Below, in pieces: positions 28,274-35,804 of a stretch of 64,000 nucleotides of DNA. Below the pieces are notes generated by a model. That model was not told where the DNA came from. It was given only the letters and a program-made list of their open reading frames with translations, and made no database searches. Positions within the stretch are counted from its first letter, which is position 1; the number at the start of each line of letters is the position of its first letter. Source of the DNA: a virus; IMG/VR virus record IMGVR_UViG_3300042314_000343, positions 1 to 64,000 of that record; one strand, 5' to 3'. The position numbers and the translations under genes are program-made.

Positions 28274-28300
28274 GGCCAGTTTTACGTCATGGCCAGGACG
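28274..28300 (-). ncRNA. 27-nt H-type pseudoknot, copy 3
   Basis: CGTC-CT-GGCCA-T-GACG-TAAAAC-TGGCC. Confidence 0.7.
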
Positions 28301-28363
28301 TGGTCCGCAATGCATGTTAGTTAGAAAGGATATGCGGACCGTCCCATATTCCCCTATGAGAAT

Positions 28364-29080
28364 TTACTTTTTAGACCTAGAGAATAGGATGTCATTACGC
28401 TCATAGACACACTGGCCACAGGTAACGCAGGCAGAACCCTTATCACTAATTAGTTTTAGTTTCTTGTTGTTTTCAGGGCAGGGCACAGCAGACTTTACAG
28501 TTATCTCTAGCATACGCTCTTTGCCAGCTGCAAAGTTTTCTGCAAGGTATGCAAGCTTGACGCCAGTAGTTGCTTTTAGCTTACTTGCCAATTCAAAGTT
28601 AGCGTCATCAGCTGAAAAGTAAAGTGCTAGGTTTGGAATGTTCTGCAATACAGGAACCGCAAAGTCGCTGCGAGTGTATACCCAGAATTGAGTATCAGAA
28701 TGCTTTTTGATTACGGTTGCCCAAGCAATGGCATACTGAACACTAAAGAAGTCGCCGTCCCAGTGAATGCGAAACAGCTTGTCTGCATTACGCTTGTCAC
28801 AGTCTTTCTTGAAGTCAATAATCATCTCATCAAGCAACATAACCATTTGAGGATACTTAGCGTCCTTGAGTTGGTTCCAATTGTCAACTAGAATGTCTTT
28901 AACACCCTTGTAAATTCTTTCAAGGTTGCCAGCATAACAAATTTTTTCGCAAACGGATGTTGCTCCAGGGCATGAGTAAGCCTTGCCAGAAGGCAGACCA
29001 AAGGTGTTGGCAATGGTTGGCGTCTTACCGTTAGGGGAGACGGCGTTGGTTACTTTTCTATCTTTTGAACGTCTTAGCAT
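28364..29080 (-). CDS. GP88-like (radical-SAM-related) phage protein
   Basis: SCPGATSVCEKICYA, FRIHWDGDFF, WVYTRS, ACVTCGQC; start MLRRSK after GAAAGGA. Confidence 0.75.
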   Translation of the reverse strand: MLRRSKDRKVTNAVSPNGKTPTIANTFGLPSGKAYSCPGATSVCEKICYAGNLERIYKGVKDILVDNWNQLKDAKYPQMVMLLDEMIIDFKKDCDKRNADKLFRIHWDGDFFSVQYAIAWATVIKKHSDTQFWVYTRSDFAVPVLQNIPNLALYFSADDANFELASKLKATTGVKLAYLAENFAAGKERMLEITVKSAVPCPENNKKLKLISDKGSACVTCGQCVYERNDILFSRSKK

Positions 29081-29176
29081 TTGGGGGAATCCTTTCAACT
29101 AACTACAGTATAGGATATGGGTCTGACATTTTTAGCAGCATGTCTATGATCTGGGGGGCCCCCGAAGGGGTAGAGG

Positions 29177-29458
29177 TTAGTCCTCTAACCCTTCCTCATC
29201 AAGTTCCAGCCAAGGGTCAAGGTGATGTTGCTCAATGATAGCCGAGGTTGGAGCGTGAGTTCCACCCTTCCACTTGACAGGCTTAGGCAACTCAACAGGC
29301 TTATACCATCTACCCTCAAGAGCGTTCTGGATAGCCTCAATACAGGCTGGAACCATAGAAACTGGAACAGGTGGATAGTGGTTGCTCTGCAAGTGCCAAG
29401 CGATAGCGTCTTCCATAGATAGCATTTCTGCCATTTCTACTGCCTGAAGTGAACCCAT
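29177..29458 (-). CDS. Hypothetical protein
   Basis: MGSLQA...WHLQSNHYPPVP; coupled to upstream stop. Confidence 0.7.
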   Translation of the reverse strand: MGSLQAVEMAEMLSMEDAIAWHLQSNHYPPVPVSMVPACIEAIQNALEGRWYKPVELPKPVKWKGGTHAPTSAIIEQHHLDPWLELDEEGLED

Positions 29459-29640
29459 TAGTTGCTCTCCTTTTCTGCCTTGATTTCGGCTAGTTTTCTT
29501 TCTGCGTATTCGATTAGTTCTTCTTGCTTTGCCTTGGTTAGAGAAGTCCACACCATACCAAAGGCGAAGGCATAGGGACTAGAGTAAGGACCACTGCCTA
29601 CTCGCTCTTTCGCATACTCAATCATCTTGTCGCTGTTCAT
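29458..29640 (-). CDS. Hypothetical protein
   Basis: AGAAAGGA SD, own promoter. Confidence 0.75.
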   Translation of the reverse strand: MNSDKMIEYAKERVGSGPYSSPYAFAFGMVWTSLTKAKQEELIEYAERKLAEIKAEKESN

Positions 29641-29687
29641 CTGTATCCTTTCTAAGTTAGTTAGAGATTACCATAGGGGACTGACAT

Positions 29688-29825
29688 TTATTTCCAGAAC
29701 TCATACTTCATTTGAATTACAGCGTATTCAATTAGTTCTGCTTCAATGCCCTTCAACTCTCTACCAATGATTTTGACAGCGTGTTCCTTGATGTAGTCCA
29801 TTACTTCTGGGGTAGTGAGTTCCAT
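29688..29825 (-). CDS. Hypothetical microprotein
   Basis: Start moved to MELTTPE, downstream of the promoter at 29867-29888. Confidence 0.6.
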   Translation of the reverse strand: MELTTPEVMDYIKEHAVKIIGRELKGIEAELIEYAVIQMKYEFWK

Positions 29826-31077
29826 TACTTTACCAACTTTCTTGCTGAGGGGTGTCCAACTCTTATAGCATAGCATTGGGGGCAGACATTTATTGTTTTG
29901 ATAGTGAATAGGTTTCTAGTTAGTTTGTTACAGTCAAAGCAGTTGTAGTTAGTCATTTCGCAACTCCCAACCATTTATCCAGCCAGCCTCATACCAACCC
30001 TTTACCAAGTCAATAGTTTCCTGCTTGCTTGCCTCATCAACCCAGATAGGGGATTCGCTAAAGTCCTTGTGAATTGCTACTACCTTCATTAGTTGCCACT
30101 TTCTCTAATAGCCTTGTTTTTGTTACTCTGGCGTGTGCCTTTGTATTTGTCTGGGGTGACAATTTGCTTCTTGCCAGCCTTTAGCATTTGTCCAAATAGT
30201 GCTTGGCTCTCAGCCTTGCGTCTTGCTTCATTTCTTTTACCTAACATACCTGAAGTATAACAGGATGGTCTGACATTTTGGGGATATTTTTTAATGTTTC
30301 GTAAGAAAATTTTTGGGAAAATTTCGGGGGCTCTCTTAAAGAGTTCTTAAAGATATTTATAGATCATGCCCAGGGTGATCTGGTGGATCGGGGGTAGGCG
30401 GTTGGGGTACCCTCCTAGTCGAAGGCGTACCTAGAGGCATACAGTTCACCGATAGCCTGCTCCTCCCGAAGGCGAGCCTGAGCCAAGTCAGACTTAGCCT
30501 GCTCCTCTGGGGAGAGAGTCTCCTCCTCCCAGAAGTCGTCGTCCAGCGACCAGCCAAAATCCTGTGCCATATCTTCCATAGTTTATCCTCTCTAACCTAC
30601 CTATAACCTATCACACCCCACGGACATTTAGCAACATTGGTTTATAACAGTTTGATAACGGGGGGCCCCATTCGGGCGTGTCGTTTAGAACTCAGGTCGC
30701 TCGCAGTCGCCGTATTCGTGTCCACAGCAAGGGTAGTCTTCACATCTCATAGTTTATCCTTTCAATTACTTATAGATTACATCAGGGGTCAGACTTTTAT
30801 CGATCCTTGGCCTGGGCCCCCGAAACTCAAGATTTGTCAAATCCTGGTTCGGCGTGTCGCCTAGAATGGTGGCTTGTTTCTTTCCACACCCTTGCGGTAG
30901 CCAACTCCGTGAGCAACTACAAACACTAGGGCAACTAGGACTAGGTCTACTAGTAGGTTGAATCCGTTGTAAAAAATCATCTCTATCTACTTTCTTCTGT
31001 TAGGAATAGCTTATCAGGGGTATCAGACAACATCAAGTCTATTTTCCAAATTAGTTCTTCTAGTTCTGCAATAGTCA

Positions 31078-31227
31078 TTATACCAACTCCAAGTATTCTT
31101 CTGGGAATGTTTCACCAAGATAAGACTTGGCATCTCTCAAGGGCATTAGTCCCTTGTAGTCGTTGCACTCGTGGCAAACATAGTCGTTCACCAAGTTCAT
31201 ACAAAACACGCAAATCTGTTCTGACAT
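31078..31227 (-). CDS. Small CxxC/CxxC protein
   Basis: MSEQICVFC...CHEC; the track start lies in the ATGTCAG promoter element. Confidence 0.7.
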   Translation of the reverse strand: MSEQICVFCMNLVNDYVCHECNDYKGLMPLRDAKSYLGETFPEEYLELV

Positions 31228-31276
31228 TTTTACCTTCTTTCTATTTGTTATAAACTTATCGGCAGGGTCTGACATT

Positions 31277-31486
31277 TTAGTTCAGACTATTTAGCAATTC
31301 TAGGTTTCTTAGGCTAGCTCCAGGCTTGGAGAAGTCTAGCTCTCTGGTAAGTAGCACCTTACGCTGACGGCACACGCCAAGAGTGTGAGTAGTCTCCCAC
31401 AACTTCTTGTCTAGGCGGTAAGAGACATTGGTGGTCTGAGACATACCGCACCCGTTGCAGGTGGTCTTGCGATACATTGTGGTCAT
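31277..31486 (-). CDS. Small Cys-containing protein
   Basis: MTTMYRKTTCNGC; the track start lies in the ATGTCAG promoter element. Confidence 0.7.
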   Translation of the reverse strand: MTTMYRKTTCNGCGMSQTTNVSYRLDKKLWETTHTLGVCRQRKVLLTRELDFSKPGASLRNLELLNSLN

Positions 31487-32325
31487 TGGGATACCTTTCT
31501 TTCTAACTACTACAAACCTAGCACATAGGTCTGACATTTATGAGTAGCGTTTGGTAACAGTTTGGTAACATTGCTAAATCCTATATCTAGTGGGTGCAAG
31601 ATCTTTCGGCACTACATATTGTGGGGGGGCCCGAAACCAGGGGATCTGTCAAATCGACACGCCGTGTTTTACCAACTTTTCTTGGTGCCGAGTGACTTAG
31701 CCAATTTGATTAGGTCAGATACCTGCTTGATTTCTGAATCATCTGGAATTCTATCCCCAATGATTTCAATCATTATGTCAATCTCACGCTCAACCTCTGA
31801 TAGGGAGAGAATGTCTAGCTTGCGAAAGTTCTCCATTAGTTTACCTCCTCTGGCTTTAGGTCTACCAAGCCAAGTCTAATCTGGGTGAGAGTATACTCAA
31901 CCATAGCCTCTTCCATAGCGGTTAGGTCACGCTCTAGGACACCCTGCAACTTTGCTACTAGGATACCCTTGGTCTCATCTGTGATTTTTGCTTGTAGCAT
32001 TTATTCCTTCTTTCTAACTTATCTAAAATCTAGCATAGGGGTCTGACTTTTTACTTACTTACTGACTCGCAGTAGAAGCAGTCATCTGAAATTGTCTGAG
32101 GAACAATTCCGTGAAACTCGCAGTTGTAGGCTACATCCCTACCATTTACTTTCTTAGTTTCTACATTTTTCATTTATTTATCCTTTCTTTATCTACCTAT
32201 AGTCAATCAGATAATTAGTCATTTGTCAAGCTTATTTAGGTAAACATTAGGTAAACAATTTGTAACAGATAGGTAACGACGGGGGCCCACAAAAAACCTG
32301 GTATGTCAAGTGACACGCCCTACAT

Positions 32326-32532
32326 CTAGTACAGGCTTGTACTAAACATAGGCTTGACCAACTCAACAGGGTCTTTAGCCTCAACTAAAGTGTAGTCAGA
32401 CACCTTGTTAGGCTTGTCTGAACACTCGTGAAAGTCAAAGGCTGACTTAGCCATACGGAGATTGGAAGCGATCTCCTCATTACCGCAAGAGTCGCACTCT
32501 ACTAGGTATCCACTCGTTGTAACTCTGAACAT
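32326..32532 (-). CDS. Small zinc-binding protein
   Basis: CDSC...HEC; AGAAAGGATAA SD; own promoter. Confidence 0.75.
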   Translation of the reverse strand: MFRVTTSGYLVECDSCGNEEIASNLRMAKSAFDFHECSDKPNKVSDYTLVEAKDPVELVKPMFSTSLY

Positions 32533-33089
32533 TATTTATCCTTTCTAACTACCTATACACTAACAGGTAGGTCTGACATTTTTAGTTAGCACCTAGGTTG
32601 ACGATAGAACCGTCTTCCAACTCAATGCGATATCCCTGAATCTCTAGGTTCCAGTAAGCCTTAGTGTAGAAGCCAATAACCTCAGCCTTGTGCTGTGGGT
32701 CAAAGCCATAGGTGGTCTCAGTGTTGTCGTTGTTTCTGGTAGTTACTAGCATTTCTTTTATCCTTTTTCTTTCTTTCTTTATACTTATACTATAGTGCCT
32801 ATGGGCGACATTATTAGACTGAATTGCTTGTTATTTAGGTTAACATTAGGTTAACAATGGGGCCCCCATTTCGGGGTACTTGTCAAGCTACCTAAGACTA
32901 GTAACGAAGTAGAGTAAGACTAAAGGTATCGATCTCACCAGTACGAACCATCTGAGTGTAAGCATCGAATGCAGTGTAGTAGTGCTCAGGGTCGAAGAAG
33001 TATTCGGTTCTGATTCCGTCTTTTAGAACTGTTGCTTTCATTTCTATCCTTTGTTTGATAAGTCTATTATGGGGTAGGTGTCTGACTTT

Positions 33090-33299
33090 TTAGTTGGTGA
33101 ATCCTGGTAGCTTGATGAATGACTCACCGTCTGCCATTGCACAAGCAAAAGTCTCATCGCAGTAGCCGTAGTCTGGAATTCCTGTATACTCAGCAGAACA
33201 AGTGTCGCACACTACGAACACGCCCTCACACTGAACGGTATACATAGTGCCGTCTAGCAACTTTACCTGAGTTCCCTTGTTCTCTACTACTACTGACAT
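33090..33299 (-). CDS. Small Cys-rich protein
   Basis: C...CDTC...C...C; AAGGAAAG SD; own promoter. Confidence 0.75.
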   Translation of the reverse strand: MSVVVENKGTQVKLLDGTMYTVQCEGVFVVCDTCSAEYTGIPDYGYCDETFACAMADGESFIKLPGFTN

Positions 33300-34194
33300 T
33301 TGCTTTCCTTCTTTCTTGATACTTATAATTTAGTAGATGGCACTGACATTGTCAAATTAAACACACATTATTGTGTAACATTTTTATAACAGCAGGGGCC
33401 CACAAAAAAATCGGTATGTCAAGCGACACACCTCATTCCTTTAGAGTATTAGTGGATTTCTCCATACTCTTCCCAGCAACCTGGGCAAGCATACTCGCCC
33501 TCCTCTGCTACGAAGATTTTTTCTACTACTACATCACATAGTTCACAAGTTGAAAACATTTTTTATCCTTTCTATGTTTTTCTTTATTTATCTTTATATA
33601 CATATTCAATCACAGAAATGGCTGTTTGTCAAGTCTATTTGCGTGTTTCTAAATGAACGTTAGGTTAACAAATCATTGGGGTGGCACGGGTGCTCTTGGA
33701 TCTTGAACCTGGATGTGTGCTCACTAAAAAAGAGTTGTTTTCTTTTAAAAATCATGCATCATACATCTCTGCAAAATATTCAGATTTTGGTCATTTTGCT
33801 TTTTAAAATTTTTTTCAGAATGCTCCAGGAGGCAAAAATATATTTTTTCAGATTTTGCAAGTATCTATTATAACAATTCGATAACGAAATAGTAACATAG
33901 CACAAATTTGGGTATATATTATAACGTTTTGGTAACATTTATATAAACATTCTGTTATTTTTGGGGGTATAATAGATCTATGAGTGAAACTCCAGTAAAG
34001 AACAATCCAGAATGCAAGTGTGAAAGCTGCAAGTGTGGAAAGAACTAGTCTTCTTTAGAATATAAACAAGACAATTGCTCTGATAGATGCTATCCAGGCA
34101 TAAACTATTGCTGCGTATCCAGCTAACCTAAGAAATTTCTTTATTTTCATACTATTAGTGTATCAAAATTCGACGGTACACAATGGCGAAGCCA

Positions 34195-34413
34195 TCACCA
34201 TTTACCAATAGGACACTTAGCTTGAAGCAATGTAGTCTTTAACTGCATAAAGCAACCACACTTGCCACATCTCTGAGTATGAGGCTTAAACGATGCACAT
34301 CCCTTACATGTTTCCAGGCGTTGCTCAATTAACTCCTGATCGGACCTAGGCTTGCTTTTATCGAATAGGTCGAAAAAGGTGACATCCCTCTGTCCTGATG
34401 TATTGTCTTCCAT
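34195..34413 (-). CDS. Small Cys-rich protein (DUF6171-like), copy 1
   Basis: RLETCKGC...RCGKCGCFM..KT.L..AKCPIGKW. Confidence 0.75.
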   Translation of the reverse strand: MEDNTSGQRDVTFFDLFDKSKPRSDQELIEQRLETCKGCASFKPHTQRCGKCGCFMQLKTTLLQAKCPIGKW

Positions 34414-34753
34414 TGTGATATTTTAGCATATCCTTCATACTAGTGTCTATTTGGGCTATTTGGTAATTGGTTATATTTTATACCCCCGAAACTTAGAAAG
34501 CTCCACAGGCTTTCCCATAGAATGCATTTTGCATATTTGTTGGGGATGGTGTGGTGGGCATCTCTCGCCACGAACTAAAAGCGAACTTATATTGCGGTGA
34601 GCTTTATATCCAAACATATCTCAAACGCCGTAGAATCGATTTTGAGAGCTTTTAAATGTATTTGAGCTTACCGACCCGCCGAGCTTTTTTGGACCCGTCA
34701 GGAAGCCGTACAGCAACACTATTTAATTTTAAAAAACTAATATAATTATTCAT

Positions 34754-35038
34754 ATGACCCCAATCGAAATAGCTAATATGACTTTGGGTATTTTTATATC
34801 AATAGGAACAGTTATTTCTCTAGCAGCTTTAGGAATCAGATGGCTGGTAAAACATTATTTTGATGAGATCAAAAAAGAACTAAAGCCTAATCACGGATCA
34901 AGTATAAAAGATCAGGTAACGAGATTAGAACAAAAAGTTGAAGAATCAGAAGCAAAGAGAAAGGCGATGTCACAAAAGATAGATCACATGTATGATTTGC
35001 TAATAGACTTTTTCTCAGATCAGGCATCAAAGAAATAA
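34754..35038 (+). CDS. Membrane protein with coiled coil
   Basis: TM helix, ELKPNHGSSIKDQVTRLE; leaderless. Confidence 0.75.
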   Translation: MTPIEIANMTLGIFISIGTVISLAALGIRWLVKHYFDEIKKELKPNHGSSIKDQVTRLEQKVEESEAKRKAMSQKIDHMYDLLIDFFSDQASKK

Positions 35039-35237
35039 CGACTTGCGATTATTATTATTTATATATATTATATAAGGTATAAAGGTATATAGGTTTTATT
35101 TATATATATTATTTATATATAGATTATACACACAGAAAACACTTTGTCAATCACTTTTTATATTAAATTCACATAACGACTTTATAACAATTAATAACAA
35201 CCCTTTAAAATAGCGAAATCTGATATAATTTTAAACG

Positions 35238-35293
35238 AACTGGTGTCCAGGAGAAATCTCTCATACCCACACTCCTGGGCATCAGTTTTTTTA
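35238..35293 (+). ncRNA. Candidate hairpin small RNA
   Basis: TATAAT at 35224; 16-bp stem with two G-U pairs, 18-nt C/U-rich loop, T-run. Confidence 0.6.
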
Positions 35294-35313
35294 TTTAATG
35301 TTATAATAGCGTC

Positions 35314-35685
35314 ATGACTATTCAGGATCAATTTGGGCAAAAGCCTATTAACTTAAAGTGGAACATCGTTCGTGGTGATACCGCCAAACTTAAAGTAGAG
35401 TTTCTTGAGAATAATGAGACTACACCTTTTGACACAGAAGGATGGGAATACTCTTCATCTGCCTATGATACTCGTGGAGATTTTCTTGACGAACTTGAAG
35501 TTGTTGTTGAGGATGGCTATATTCAAATTGTAGCCAATTCAGACATTACTGAGAACTGGGGAGTAGGCTCAGGTGCAGTAGTTGCAGAGCTAGTCTTTGA
35601 CCTAGAGGTTACAATTGATGATGAAGTATGGACACCAGTCCTAGGAACCATTGTTGTTGCTGGTGATGTTACTGGAGGACTCTAG
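35314..35685 (+). CDS. Baseplate/BppU-like Ig-fold virion protein
   Basis: IVRGDT...FDLEV...G pattern shared with 35805 and 40901. Confidence 0.6.
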   Translation: MTIQDQFGQKPINLKWNIVRGDTAKLKVEFLENNETTPFDTEGWEYSSSAYDTRGDFLDELEVVVEDGYIQIVANSDITENWGVGSGAVVAELVFDLEVTIDDEVWTPVLGTIVVAGDVTGGL

Positions 35686-35804
35686 TGCCAGTTATTAGAA
35701 TCTCAAGCCCTAGACCAGAACTACCTCCGTTGATCAAGATTGGTCAAAAGATTTACAAGACAAATAAATAGTCTTTGTAGTGTATAATAATTTTTGGAGG
35801 AATT

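Larger units (their letters stand above)
20472..33348 (-). promoter_or_regulatory. Family of at least 23 promoters of form (T/A)GTCnn-N10-TAnnnT (PafBC/RecA-NDp geometry)
   Basis: Upstream hexamer (+ coordinates) at 20488, 23419, 23726, 24612, 25819, 26538, 26790, 27548, 27858, 29123, 29681, 29883, 30270, 30621, 30790, 31024, 31269, 31531, 32043, 32573, 32805, 33082, 33343; every one exactly 10 nt from a -10 box. Confidence 0.88.

Noticed and set aside
28133-28406. Track ORFs 28133-28315 and 28146-28406 (likewise 30637, 31562, 33676 on +)
   Set aside because: They span regulatory spacers (GGGCCC, pseudoknot, hairpins) and mostly oppose local transcription.
20472-33348. TGTCAG as a degenerate -35 box or LexA SOS box
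   Set aside because: Spacing to the -10 is 10 nt, not 16-18; no resemblance to the palindromic TCGAAC-N4-GTTCGA box.
19811-33401. Integron with attC sites
   Set aside because: No integrase in the window, no RYYYAAC/GTTRRRY-bounded imperfect palindromes, and cassettes carry their own promoters.
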